Shown here: in pieces, positions 36,296 to 49,757 of the stretch
Layout: each line of letters begins with the position of its first letter
How positions within the stretch are numbered: the first letter of the stretch is position 1
Origin: Octopus bimaculoides
Taxonomy: Eukaryota
Direction of reading: 5' to 3'
DNA length: 64,000 nt
Assembly (NCBI RefSeq): GCF_001194135.2
Contig: NC_068989.1
Span: 72,686,536 to 72,750,535, forward strand
The notes under the pieces: model-generated
What the model was told of the DNA's origin: nothing
The model's input: the letters and a program-made list of their open reading frames with translations, nothing else
Database searches by the model: none
Translations under genes and position numbers: made by a program

Positions 36296-37269
36296 TCTCC
36301 CATATGTGTGTGTGTATGTGTATGTACTTGTGTTTGTCAGCGCTTGCCCGTGTGCGTTTTGCGTATTATGTTTTATAGCATTATGTAGTTTGTACATACA
36401 CCATACATATGTATGTATATANNNNNNNNNNNNNNNNNNNNNNNNNNNNNNNNNNNNNNNNNNNNNNNNNNNNNNNNNNNNNNNNNNNNNNNNNNNNNNN
36501 NNNNNNNNNNNNNNNNNNNNNNNNNNNNNNNNNNNNNNNNNNNNNNNNNNNNNNNNNNNNNNNNNNNNNNNNNNNNNNNNNNNNNNNNNNNNNNNNNNNN
36601 NNNNNNNNNNNNNNNNNNNNNNNNNNNNNNNNNNNNNNNNNNNNNNNNNNNNNNNNNNNNNNNNNNNNNNNNNNNNNNNNNNNNNNNNNNNNCTCACGTT
36701 AATTGTGAATTGGTTCCAATTTCTGGATTAATGCAACAAAAAAGCTTTTTTCCTTCGTCAACACATGCTGGCTACTTGATAAAAATCACACACACACGTA
36801 AACACACGCATACAGACAGACATGCGCATATATATTCAAGAACACAGACACATACTCACACACGCGAGCACGCACACACATACACGCAAACATACACATA
36901 CGAGTACACGTACAAACGCACACACACACAGATACACAGACATACACACACTCACACACACACACACACTCACACATACCCCCTCCCCATATACACGCAA
37001 ACATACAGCGCATACTTGCCAACGTACATAACAACAACGTGTAAATGCTGAAAAGAGAATTAGATAAACATTACGTGTGGAGAAGAAAGAGATATGACTA
37101 ACAATTAACGAATTTAAGGGGCCAAAAATCCGATCATATAAATAGGGTCAATTAAGGGTCGTTATGTTATTCAAATAATTATGTCATTAAACACGATCTT
37201 TGTTTCTTGCTTACGCTCTTTAAAAGATTAAGCTCAAATTCATGCCGATATTTTAACCTCTCCTATCTC

Positions 37270-38500
37270 TTTTTAATTGCTTGTAGGGACACCGTATTTT
37301 GTTTTGTTTTGTTTTTCAAACATAATATACAATCAAGTATATTGGAGATTTTAAGTCAATACTGTGTCATATTTTGTGTTAGCAGTGCGTTGTTACCAAT
37401 TTTTAAATTATTTTTATGGTTTATCTTTACAGATTTTCAATAAAAATTAGAGCCAGCGCTGAAAGTTACGACTTTTCGTATACGAATTCGACTATGCAAG
37501 CAATGTAATCAAAAATAGAAAAATAGGCAATGGTGGTATATGCATATTTTAAACATTGCTTTTAAACAACCATTAAGTTTAACGTTATAACACTATCGAT
37601 TCGACCAATTTTACATATTAAACATCAAGTATATCAAAGATTTATAAGTCAATACTGTGTTAGCAGTTTAGCAGTGAGTTAATTTCATTTTTTTTTTAAG
37701 TGTATTTCTACAGCTTTTCTATAGAATTTAGAGCCATCACTGAAAGTTACAACGCTTCATATGTGAAAACGCCTAATTAAATAATACAATCGAAGACAGG
37801 AAATTGGGTGTGTATATGTATATTTCAGGAGTTCTTGCTCTTTCCTCAGAATTACATTCAACTCATTAACCATCCACGAATACATTACTTAAACATCCAT
37901 TAATTTAGCATTGTAACACTACTGGACAGACCAAATTTACATATCAAACACCAAGTATATCAAAGATTTACAAGCAGGGCCGGATTAATAACCATCGAGA
38001 TCCTTAAAAGCACTTAGAAGACTTTTGTGCTCCCATAAAAGATTATGTAATTCAAAATATAAACAATACCAAACCATAAAATAAATTTTTGTTTTTCACT
38101 TCAAAGCGAAACAAAACAGTAAGAGGGAAAAATAATGCTTATTTTTGTATTCTTCCACTTTATTTATATTTGAAAAGTTTCCTCCTACTTTTTTGAATTG
38201 CGAAGTCATTGATCAGGTCCTCAAAATTAAGCTTAAGTAACCCATCTCCATCTATACTTAGTAGAGATTAGGGCATCCCGAATGTCATTTTAGCAAGTTT
38301 AAAGTGATTTCTTTTGTGCCGTAAACCATTTACTATTACTAGGTGCACCTCCCTCCCTTAATGCTCTAAGCACGTACTTATTTTGCTTAATGGTTAATCC
38401 AGCGCTGTTTATAAGTCAATACTACATTGACTTATAAATCTTTGATATGCTTTGATATAGATGCAAAACGAAATACAGTGTCCTTACAAACAATTAATAT
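37270..38500. repeat. Fold-back repeat with about three internal ~300-bp degenerate tandem units
   Basis: Unit motif CAAGTATATCAAAGATTTATAAGTCAATACT at about 37334, 37625 and 37952. Inverted copy of the left end at about 38421-38500. Confidence 0.7.
37975..38407. mobile_element. hAT-type MITE
   Basis: TIRs CAGGGCCGGATTAATAACCAT / ATGGTTAATCCAGCGCTG. 8-bp TSD TTTACAAG (37967-37974) / TTTATAAG (38408-38415). Confidence 0.85.
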
Positions 38501-38635
38501 GTACACTAAGCTGTCAGGAATGTGTTTAACGTAAAAGTCGAAAGAGATGGAGAGAGATGAGCTGAAAGAGAACACGAAGAAAAAGAAATTACAATACGAG
38601 AGAATCTGTAAAAAGGGAATATAAATAAATCTTTC

Positions 38636-38845
38636 TATTATAGGCACATGGCCTGAAATTTGGGGTGCGGGGTCAGTCGATTACACCGACTCCAGTGTTC
38701 GACTATTATCTATTTTATCGACCCCGAAAAAAAAAAAAAAAATGAAAGGCGGATTGAACCTCGACGGAATTTGAACCTAGGACGTAAATAGTCGAAACAA
38801 ATACCGCTAAGCATTATTTGTCGGATTGCTAACGATTTTGCCAGG
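38636..38845 (-). mobile_element. Family B SINE
   Basis: GTCGATTACACCGACTCCAG, ATGAAAGGC, GGAATTTGAAC, AAATACCGCTAAGCA. Confidence 0.8.
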
Positions 38846-38859
38846 TTATTGCTTTCGAG

Positions 38860-39290
38860 AGTATAAATAGTAGAGTATAGAAGATAACAGAGAAAGCAGA
38901 CAGAGAGCGACAGAGAGAGTGAGAGAGAGGGTGAAGAGGAGGAGAAGAAAAGTTAGAAATGACAAGAGAGGAGAGGAATAGAGAGAGTGAGAGAAATGGT
39001 GAAGAGAAAGAGAGGGAAAGCTAGATATAACAAATGAGGAGGGGGAATATAGAGAGAGAAATAGTGAAAGAGAGAGGAAGTATGTTAGGATACAGGCAAC
39101 TGAGAAAGCGAAAATTGAAGATAGAACAAGCAAGAAAGAAAGTGAGAGAGAGAGAGAGAAGGGGAAAGAGAGAAGGAGAGAACGAGAGAGAGAGGGAGGA
39201 TAGAGGAAGTAAGGGAGAGAGGGAGGATAGAGGAAGTAAGGGAGAGAGGGAGAAGGGTAGAGAGAGAATACGAAGAAAGGAATAACAATA
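38860..39290. repeat. GA-rich low-complexity tract with a 27-bp tandem duplication
   Basis: GAGAGAGGGAGGATAGAGGAAGTAAGG twice at about 39187-39250. Confidence 0.8.
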
Positions 39291-39660
39291 CAAAGGAATC
39301 TGTTTTAAAATAGGAATTATTAACAGAATAATCGTCTGTGCTTGTGTGTTCGTTTTTATGTGTGTGAACATGTCTGCGTGTACATCGGTGTGTGTCTGTC
39401 GTAAGCAGCGGGTTTTTATTAAGAGGAATCTTTCACAAAACAGTAAGGCGGAGCTGATCTGTTAACAATCTCCACCTTGCTTATTTTGCTATTATGCTAC
39501 CAGAAAACATTTGTCTCCGCGTATATAGCTTCCGTTAAACTGAGTGTACGACATGGAAATAGGCGTGGCTTACGGTTTTTTTTTTCGCTTACTTCACCTT
39601 ACACACAGACATATAGACGTGGATTCAATAATAGTATGTTTTCTTCTATTCCTCTGTCTG

Positions 39661-40040
39661 CTTACTCTTTTACTCTTTTACTTGTTTCAGTCATTTGACT
39701 GCGGCCATGCTGGAGCACCGCCTTTAGTCGAGCAAATCGACCCCGGGACTTATTCTTTGTAAACCTGGTACTTATTCTATCGATCTCTTTTGCCGAACCA
39801 CTAAGTGACGGGGACATAAACACACCAGCATTGGTTGTCAAGCAATGCTAGGGGAACAATCACAGACACACAAACACGTATATATATATACATATATATA
39901 CGACGGGTTTCTTTCCGTTTCCGCCTACCAAATCCACTCACAAGGCTTTTGGTCGGCCCGAGGCTATAGTAGAAGACACTTGCCCAAGATGCCACGCAGT
40001 GGGACTGAACCCGGAACTATGTGGTTGGTAAGCAAGCTAC
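39661..40040 (-). mobile_element. Family C SINE (head slightly truncated)
   Basis: Colinear with 6856-7360; (CTTTTACT)n tail. Confidence 0.9.
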
Positions 40041-40738
40041 AATAAATAAAAATTAAACAAAATAAAAGCACTGGAAAAAAAGAAGAAAAAAGAAAAAGAA
40101 AAAGAAAGAATGTAACATATGCTTTTTATCTTTTACTTGTTTCATAAATTAGATGACGGCCATGCTGGAGCCCGGCCATGACAAGTTTTGTCGATAGCAG
40201 CATCACTCTCAGTTCTTATTTGTCTTATTTTCTTCTTAAATTCAGCTACTTAATATATCGGTCACTCTTTCGTCTAACAGCTAAATTATGTAGATATGAT
40301 CAATCGAACACCGGTTGTTAAACAATATGGTGGTAATATGGGTTGCAACCGCAGGAATGTAGGAGCGCCATGATCTCAAGCGCAAGCAACGGCCCTCTGA
40401 AATTCCGGTGTTGGTGACCAGCGTGCTGGAAGACCATAGGGAGTAAAGCACTCCTTAGCTTCTATCTCTAGGAGGTCACATTGATATAAAAGCAGTTACG
40501 CTGGGAATGGCAGCGAATATGTGTGAGTGTGTGTGAGTGTGTGTGTATAATTATAAATATAAATATAAATATAAATATAAATATAAATGAATAAATAAAT
40601 ATATATATATTCTGTTGTGTCTGGGGAGAGTCATTTTCTTATCGTGCCTTAAAATTTAACACACTCACCGTTAATATTTCCACTTATTATTTTTATTTTC
40701 CTAAAATTTTCGTTGCGTCTTGCAACCTTCCAAAAACG

Positions 40739-40774
<36 letters not shown>

Positions 40775-41529
40775 GGGGAAGTACTTTCCCCTTACATTTC
40801 CACGTGTAGTTTCTATTTTGTTTTTGTAACATTTTTCTATTATATATATTTATTTATATATATATATGTATATACGTATGTATATATATGTATGTACATA
40901 TATATATATTGCAAAATTTGGCGCAAGGTCAGCAGTTTTTGGAGCTCTGGGTAAGCTGATTACATACACCCACCCCAGGGCTCAATTGGTATTTATTTTA
41001 CCGACCCCGAAGGATGAAAGGCAATGGCGGCTCGTAGCAGTGCGGGTGTTGCTTCAGAAAATGTTTAGCCGTTGTTTTAATATTGTGTAAAAGGAAACAA
41101 ACATATAAAAAGAAAATTTGATCGGTTCGTGTTTTATTCACTGCCGTGTACTGTGTTTAATTTGTTCACTGAACATCACCGCGAAATCCCCCTTGTTTTT
41201 CAAAAATCTCCCCTAAATCATAAAATAAGGGTGGGAGAAATGTGCCCTATTTTTCAAATCCTGGCAGCACCACTGAAGCTGGAAGCAGGATAATAATCTA
41301 ATTCTACACTTTATCACATTTAAGAATATACACACGTTTTAAGCACAACACACACAGAGTCAAAAAGAAACACTACCTTCTACCATAACACCGGAGTTGG
41401 CACTGTCGTTCACGCAGTGCTCTCTCCCTCGGACATATGAGCATACGCACAACAGCCAAATACCGCATCGCTGAAACTGTGAAGCGCACAGTTCTATACA
41501 AGGATTTCTTGTATTTTTTTCATAAACTG

Positions 41530-41886
41530 GTCGACTAAATAAGTACCAGTTACGCACTGGGATCGATATAATCCACTTAATCCGTTTGACTGTCCTTGTT
41601 TGTCCCCTCTGTGTTTAGCTCCTTGTGGGCAATGAAGAAATAAGAAATGTTAGCACGCCGGGCGAAATGCTTAGCGGTATTTCGTCTGCCGCTACGTTCT
41701 GAGTTCAAATTCCGCCGAGGTTGACTTTGCCTTTCATCCTTTCGGTGTCGATTAAATAAGTACCAGTTACGCACTGGGGTCGGTATTATCGACTTAATCC
41801 GTTTGTCTGTCCTTGTTTGACCCCTCTGTGTGTTAGCATGCCGGGCGAAAAGCTTAGCGGTATTTCGTCTGTCTTTACGTTCTGAC
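41530..41886 (+). mobile_element. Head-to-tail array of three partial family B SINEs
   Basis: 3' part 41530-41648, near-full copy 41649-41831, head 41832-41886. Confidence 0.85.
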
Positions 41887-42508
41887 TCGAGAAGGAGCTT
41901 TACCTTTTTTACTTCCAGCTGACTCTGGCTCAGAGCAAACTTGTCAAGGCTCCAGTTTATGAGTCACGACAGAAGATGGCTTTGTAGTGGAGGCATGCAA
42001 GAATTAAAGGAAGACTGACACTTATTGACGCATGAACACAAGTGGAGGACATACTCTAACGTCATGTAATCAGTATCCTTTCCTAAGGGCTTTATAGGTT
42101 CTATCTTTCAAGTAAGTAGCATCTCAAATGTAAGCTCAGAAGAAAAGTCGACTAGCAGAACAAACTATCAATAAACCGACAAAAAGCAACAGGAAATTAC
42201 TGCTATATGTTTCCCAAATCTTGAATCTTCAGATTTGGGCATGAAAGGCCATAATCCCTGACACCTACGGAAAAAGAAAAGTTAGTGGAGTCGTAGAAAG
42301 AAGGAAAGTGGTTGCCATGTAGGTTTTGTCTCTCAGTGGATAGAAGACAGGTGTTCGTTACTTAGTTCTAAGCAGACTAAAAACTAAAAACTAATGAGAA
42401 CGATCTCCACCCGCAGAGACATAAAGCCTGTAGTGTATATACAGTTTATATTCTACAACGAATTTGAAATTGAATGTTTATTAAAAATGCCATACCTTAC
42501 AATGCAGT

Positions 42509-42745
42509 TTCACCCTATGACCCCACAAGTACGCTTTAGTGGCTGTGATTACGTTTGACTATTCCCCTAAAAGACACAAATGAGGGTCGTCATATGACTT
42601 TATGATTACGGCTCCCTAATTGGTAAACGTAGTTGTTTGCAACCTTAAGCGCAAAACTAAGTGGACGTACGCTTTTAAGTCTTCCATTGGTATAGTCAAA
42701 CGAAATCGTGCCCACTAAAGTGTACTCGCAAATGCAAAGGGTTAA
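42509..42745. mobile_element. piggyBac-like MITE
   Basis: Right end AAAGGG-TTAA and left end TTCA-CCCT. Imperfect ~45-bp inverted termini (AGTACGCTTTAGTGG...CGTTTGACTAT versus ATAGTCAAACG...CCACTAAAGTGTACT). Confidence 0.55.
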
Positions 42746-42765
42746 ATGATTTAAAAAACATTATG

Positions 42766-42986
42766 TGCGAAGGGGTGCTGAAAAGTTCCTAGCTCTGGGT
42801 AAAAGAAAATGCATGAGAATCAGTTAATTATGATTTTGTTCAACATACTCGCCTCTCAGATTCACACACATATTGCAGTGGTCCTTCAGTTTTCCTAAGC
42901 CCTGTAAAAGAACTTGGAAGGTTTGGCCTCCAACCAGGACATTCGAGTTATCCTTCAAGCCAAGAACTTTTCAACACCCCCTCATG
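42766..42986. mobile_element. Mariner-type MITE, copy 2
   Basis: Colinear with 31683-31895; TIRs GGGGTGCTGAAAAGTTCCT / GAACTTTTCAACACCCCC. Confidence 0.85.
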
Positions 42987-43451
42987 GTGCACAACAAATT
43001 ATATTATAATATGATACACTACATTTTCCAATGTATCCTTGGATTTTTTTTCTTCTTTTTTTGATACAGTAGGGTTTGGCTTGTGTATATCTTTCACATG
43101 TATACAGCGGCGAGAAAATCAAATAACCGGTGCTTTCGAGTGGAAATACAATGTTGCATTTTTCAGCACCGAATTGAACAGACAATCTAATATCACTTTC
43201 GCTTTCAGAAATGCGGTGAACTAGAGATTACTGGCAGGTTGGAAATAAGGAAGAAACGATGCTATAGTTCACCAAATGATGTGTAAAATAAATCTATAAT
43301 GCAAGATAGAAATATAAACTGATTCGATCACTTAATTGGAAATCTTTTTATCGACCGCTAAAGAATGAATAGCAAATTTGACCTTGTTGGGATTTGAACT
43401 CAGGGTAAATAACGCACGATATACATTATGACCCAAAGCTGAAATGATTCT

Positions 43452-43684
43452 TATTTCTTTACTGCCCACAAGGGGCTACACACAGAGGGGTCAAACAAGG
43501 ACAGACAAACGGATTAAGTCGATAATACCGACCCCAGTGCGTAACTGGTACTTATTTAATCGACCCCGAAAGGATGAAAGGCAAAGTCGACCTCGGCGGA
43601 ATTTGAACTCAGAATGTAGCGGCAGAGGAAATACCGTTAAGCATTTCCCCCGGTGTGCTAACGTTTCTGCCAGCTCGCCGCCTT
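43452..43684 (-). mobile_element. Full-length family B SINE with perfect 19-bp TSD
   Basis: CCAAAGCTGAAATGATTCT at 43433-43451 and 43685-43703. Confidence 0.95.
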
Positions 43685-44732
43685 CCAAAGCTGAAATGAT
43701 TCTGCTGGTTCAGCTCAGTTTGAGTGGTCGCGAGCTCCGTCGATAGACAATTCATCGTCGCCTTGTCTCATATATCCATGCGCGCCTGTTCGATTATTTG
43801 AAAGACCACATGCCGTGGTGTGGCGCCTTGTCATAAACGGATACAAGACACTTTAAGAAAGCTAAAATCTTTTATCGTTCTTCGTGTCATTCTCCCTCAT
43901 TCACACTGTTCATATCACGCATATTTTTACATAATCACATTTATATATGAGTCTTCGTGCTCCTATCTCAGTTTATGAGCATACGTCTATGTATGTGTGA
44001 GTTTATGCACGGGATGTGTATGTATGTATATACGTATGTATGTATGCATGTGTGTATGCTTGTATGCATGTATGTATGCATGGGACATGTGTATATATGC
44101 ATGGCATGTATGCATGTGCGTAAGTGTTTCTCTGCGGCTTTTGCTATACTCCAATCCTAACTTTATAGATTAATACGGTTTGTTTTACTTAACTTATATA
44201 TATATATATATATNNNNNNNNNNNNNNNNNNNNNNNNNNNNNNNNNNNNNNNNNNNNNNNNNNNNNNNNNNNNNNNNNNNNNNNNNNNNNNNNNNNNNNN
44301 NNNNNNNNNNNNNNNNNNNNNNNNNNNNNNNNNNNNNNNNNNNNNNNNNNNNNNNNNNNNNNNNNNNNNNNNNNNNNNNNNNNNNNNNNNNNNNNNNNNN
44401 NNNNNNNNNNNNNNNNNNNNNNNNNNNNNNNNNNNNNNNNNNNNNNNNNNNNNNNNNNNNNNNNNNNNNNNNNNNNNNNNNNNNNNNNNNNNNNNNNNNN
44501 NNNNNNNNNNNNNNNNNNNNNNNNNNNNNNNNNNNNNNNNNNNNNNNNNNNNNNNNNNNNNNNNNNNNNNNNNNNNNNNNNNNNNNNNNNNNTATGTATG
44601 TATGTATATACACATACACACACACACACACATATATATACTACAAACATACATGCATATACATACATATATATAAACATATATACATACATATATACAT
44701 ACACACACACGCACACAAACGCATACACACAC

Positions 44733-44769
<37 letters not shown>

Positions 44770-45048
44770 TTCTACAAGCAAGGGATTTGAATAAACAGGA
44801 AATATATAGATCTCAAAACCGTATATCTGATAGTATTTAATAATTTCAGTATAATAATTATGTGTTACAACTTCGGCCATTTTCCTGTTAATGGCTTATG
44901 AATTATAACAAAGCAAATTTGAACACTGAATAGTGTTACACTTCCTTGCCCTCCTTTATAATACAGATAGCTGACAGACCTAAGCAAATATGCATGCATA
45001 CATACATACATACATACATACATACATACATACATACATACATACATA

Positions 45049-45760
45049 CAGTGGCGGACAGGCCAGATTGCCAGATCACCCGATGGCAAGTGGGCCCCTG
45101 CGCTATTAGAATCCATATATGGGGGCCCATGTTAGTATCTAAGGGGCCCATTACCTCAAGTTTGAGAATTTTTTATTCATTCCTGGAAAGAATACATTAA
45201 TTAGTTCAGCCTGGCTGTGTTTGTAGACAGTTGAAAAGAATACTTTAAAAAAAAAAGTGGTAAGAAGCTTGCTTACCAACCACATGGTTCCGGGCTCAGT
45301 TCCACTGCGTGGCACCTTAGGCAAGTTTCTTCTACTATAGCCTGGGGCCGACCAAAGCTTTGTGAGTGGATTTGGTAGACGGAAACTGAAAGAATCCCGT
45401 CGTGTATATTTGTGTGTGTGTGTGTCTGCATGTTTGTGTTTGTGTGTATGTGTTTGTCCCACCACCATCGCTTGACAACCGTTGCTGGTGTGTTTACGTC
45501 ACCTTAACTTAGCTCTTCAGCAAATGACACCGATAGAATTAGTACTAGGCTTACAAAGAATAATTCCTGGGGTCGATTTTCTCGACTAAAGGCGGTGCTC
45601 CAGCATGGCCGCAGTCAAATGACTGAAACAAGTAAAAGAATAAAAGAATTAAAGAATAATTAAATGATAACATTGCAGTTGCGGCTGGGTCCCCTTGTAG
45701 TTGCGGGTGGCGCTCCTTAGTCTCCTGGTAACCAATATTTTTAGACCGAATCCGCCACTG
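45049..45760. mobile_element. hAT-type MITE inserted in (TACA)n, containing a nested SINE
   Basis: TIR CAGTGGCGGA / TCCGCCACTG. 8-bp TSD CATACATA at 45041-45048 and 45761-45768. Confidence 0.85.
45257..45655 (+). mobile_element. Family C SINE nested in the hAT MITE
   Basis: GTGGTAAGAAGCTTGCTTACCAACC through GACTGAAACAAGTAAAAGAATAAAAGAA. Confidence 0.9.
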
Positions 45761-46590
45761 CATACATACATACACACACACAAACACATACGTACATACA
45801 TGCATACATACATCCATGCATACATGCATGCATGCATGCATGCATACATACATACATACATACATACATACATACATGCATGCATGCATACATACATACA
45901 TACATACATACATACATACATACATACATACATAATACATACATATATACATGCATGCATATTGTTAGAAACTGGAGCCTTTCCAGTTGTTCCTTTGTGT
46001 TTCACATTGTGGATTATTCAAATGATTGAATTAGTAAGTTACGTGACAATATATAATAAGTAAACATATTTGTTGTCACATCATTAGAACTTTTGTCACA
46101 ATTGCCATATGCATGATCCAAAAATCACATGGAATTTTTGTGTCTTAAATCTTACAAATTTAGCCACATAGTATTATACGTATAGAAACCTCTCCCTCGA
46201 ACCATAACCAACAGAAATGAAGCCGTACTACACTGCCTTGGATTTTTAGAGCGTGCACCCAGCTCTTGTCTTTTTCGGAGTATCCTGTACAGCCACTTAC
46301 ACCATGCCAACATATAATCGAAAGACTGAAGAAGCTGTTCAAAGATTATGTGAAGACTCTTTTATAAAGACTCTTCAGTAGAACAATTCAAGGTCCAGTT
46401 CCATCTCTAGAATTTGGATAAAAGCAATTATAATTGTTAGATATCGAAGTTTAAGAAAGTTTTGTATATTTTTACTCTTTCACTTATAAATCATATCTAT
46501 AAAGTTTATGTATGTATGTACGTACGTACGTACGTACGCACTAAAGTATTGTGAGTGGATTTGGTAGACGGAGACTGAAAGAAGCTCGTC

Positions 46591-46632
<42 letters not shown>

Positions 46633-46927
46633 TATACTATACTATACACACACGCATTTTTAACCCTCGCCGATGGAGTAATGGGTCACCGATGAAAACT
46701 AATCAAATCTGAAATCATCAATGATATGGCTCCATCTCGCTTGCCGTAGGGAGCTTATCTCCATTGTCAGTCATTAGCACGTGGCTAAGAGTTGTTTTGA
46801 CTCTTATTTCTAGCAACGGTGCTGCTGACTACCAACTTCAGTCACTTTAGTGACGACTATGTATGTATGTATGTACGTATATATGTATGCATTGAATGTG
46901 AGTGTGTATATATATGTATCCATCCAA

Positions 46928-46995
<68 letters not shown>

Positions 46996-47942
46996 ATATA
47001 TATATATNNNNNNNNNNNNNNNNNNNNNNNNNNNNNNNNNNNNNNNNNNNNNNNNNNNNNNNNNNNNNNNNNNNNNNNNNNNNNNNNNNNNNNNNNNNNN
47101 NNNNNNNNNNNNNNNNNNNNNNNNNNNNNNNNNNNNNNNNNNNNNNNNNNNNNNNNNNNNNNNNNNNNNNNNNNNNNNNNNNNNNNNNNNNNNNNNNNNN
47201 NNNNNNNNNNNNNNNNNNNNNNNNNNNNNNNNNNNNNNNNNNNNNNNNNNNNNNNNNNNNNNNNNNNNNNNNNNNNNNNNTATATATATATGTATATATA
47301 ATTATATATATATACATGTATATATATATATATATATATTACACACGCACAGACATACACACGGTGGTGCTCCACCATGGCCGCAGTCAAATGATTGTTG
47401 AAACAAGTAAAAGAATATATATATATATATGCGTGTGTGTGTGTGTGTGTGTGCATGTGCCCACACGTATAAATCTACGCACGTATATACATGCGCGCAA
47501 AAACGAATATACGGACATGCATATGACGTCAATATTTTGGAATTTAAAGAAAGCTTACGTTTCATACACAGGTATATATATATTTCTATAGACTCAAAAT
47601 CAAAACTGATTACGCAATCGGATCAGTAACTCGGCTTTTACGAGCATTTCGTCGAAACACCTCGTACTGGCGCTCTAGTCTCGCGTGACGCCTGAGATTT
47701 GCGAAATCTCAAAACTGTACTCATGAACTATGCAAGATTTTAACTTCCATAGTATGTCATGAAAATCAAATTTTTACATAATCTGGAGGAAATATGTACA
47801 TAAATACAGATTCATAGATTCATGGATAAAGTTATTGATTAGCTTGTATAGAAACATTGCAAGCCCGTATGTGCATATGCAAGGAATAAAGACAAGATAT
47901 AAAAAGACAACCTGGACGGACAAGTTTTAAGAAATATAGTAT

Positions 47943-47975
<33 letters not shown>

Positions 47976-48213
47976 CTATATCTATATCTATCTATCTATC
48001 TATACATATATATATATATATACACGTATATATGTATGAGTGTATGCAAGTATTTATATATATGTATATGTAGATACATATTAAGCATTACACTCACGCA
48101 CACCACACGCAAACACACACACATACACAAATACACACATACACACACGCACACTCGCACACATATATTTATAGATTTATATATAGATGCAGATGAAGAT
48201 TATGTATGTATTG

Positions 48214-48640
48214 TTTTACTCTTTTCCTTGGTTCAGTCATTTGACTGTGGCCACGCTGGAGCACCGCCTGAGAGAGTTTTTCAGTAGTAGAAATCGGCCG
48301 CAGGACCTATTCTGAGTAAACCTAGTAGTCATTCTATCGGTCTCAACTGCCGAACAGCTCAGTTACCGGGACGTAAACGCACCAATATCTTTTGTCAAGC
48401 TATTATAGGAGGGGACAATCACAGACACAAAGACACACACATAAATACATACATACACACATATACATATATGCATGTATACAAGAGCTTCTTTATGTTT
48501 CGGTCTACAAAATCCACTCAGAAGGCTTTGGTCGGCCCGAGGCTATAGTAAAAGATACACGGCCAAGGTATCACACAGTGGAACTGAACTCAAAACTGAA
48601 CCTTGTTGGAAAGTAAGATTCTTACCACATTGACACGCCT
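48214..48640 (-). mobile_element. Diverged family C SINE
   Basis: Colinear with the other copies, more substitutions. Confidence 0.8.
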
Positions 48641-49597
48641 ACATACACACACACACACACACACANNNNNNNNNNNNNNNNNNNNNNNNNNNNNNNNATA
48701 TATATATATATATATATACAAAATGGGACAAGAACGAAAAACATCCAGACAGGTGATACAAGAAAGGGACAACAAAACATCCAGATAGACGATACAAAGA
48801 AAACAAGGACGGGTCATTCGAAGTTTTCTTTCTTCAGTCGAGATCCAGATTATCTTTGCAATTTCGGGTGGTTATACTCAAGATTGCTCTAATCTGGCCA
48901 GCCCCAAGGAAAAACTAAGCTAAGAGCATTAGATTCCTTGGGAGAAAGCAGCGAATGTATAGACAAGGGAAATAAGAAATTAAGACATGAATTTCATNNN
49001 NNNNNNNNNNNNNNNNNNNNNNNNNNNNNNNNNNNNNNNNNNNNNNNNNNNNNNNNNNNNNNNNNNNNNNNNNNNNNNNNNNNNNNNNNNNNNNNNNNNN
49101 NNNNNNNNNNNNNNNNNNNNNNNNNNNNNNNNNNNNNNNNNNNNNNNNNNNNNNNNNNNNNNNNNNNNNNNNNNNNNNNNNNNNNNNNNNNNNNNNNNNN
49201 NNNNNNNNNNNNNNNNNNNNNNNNNNNNNNNNNNNNNNNNNNNNNNNNNNNNNNNNNNNNNNNNNNNNNNNNNNNNNNNNNNNNNNNNNNNNNNNNNNNN
49301 NNNNNNNNNNNNNNNNNNNNNNNNNNNNNNNNNNNNNNNNNNNNNNNNNNNNNNNNNNNNNNNNNNNNNNNNNNNNNNNNNNNNNNNNNNNNNNNNNNNN
49401 NNNNNNNNNNNNNNNNNNNNNNNNNNNNNNTATATATATATATATATATATAACGAGATTACCGGTAACTGCAGTGTATTTCTTTTAGCAGTTGAAGTAT
49501 GTGACAAACATATTTCAAATAACCTAAATTGAGATTATACGTAATCGCTGCTTTGCGCCACTGCTTCGTTGTTTTTCTCGATCAGGCGATCTACTAG

Positions 49598-49757
49598 CAC
49601 AAATCAGTCAACATTTTGGTTGAATTATATGAACAGTGCCCGGAGATTTCGGGTTTGATAATTTACGTCGGACGCGTGTTGTCGCATCTGGGAAGAGTAC
49701 AGCTGTCAGCTGATTCTGTGATAAAGATTGTACCACGAACCGGACTTTCAAATGAAG
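49598..49757 (+). CDS. Candidate internal coding exon, product unknown
   Basis: 53 open codons HKSVNILVELYEQCPEISGLIIYVGRVLSHLGRVQLSADSVIKIVPRTGLSNE, locally GC-richer and non-repetitive. Donor GAAG/GTGAGG. Acceptor ambiguous (TAG at 49597 or CAG at 49607). Confidence 0.35.

Noticed and set aside
40700-40732. Minus-strand GTTGC-AAGAC-GCAAC-GAAA hairpin, hammerhead-like
   Set aside because: No CUGANGA core upstream in this copy and no stem I.
41022-41277. Possible CAGTGG-type MITE truncating a family B SINE
   Set aside because: Termini match only weakly (CAATGGCGG versus CAGTGGTGC) and no TSD was found.
48805-48840. Minus-strand CTGAAGAA...GAAT hammerhead-like motif
   Set aside because: GAAT replaces GAAA, stem II is mispaired, and stem I cannot be closed.
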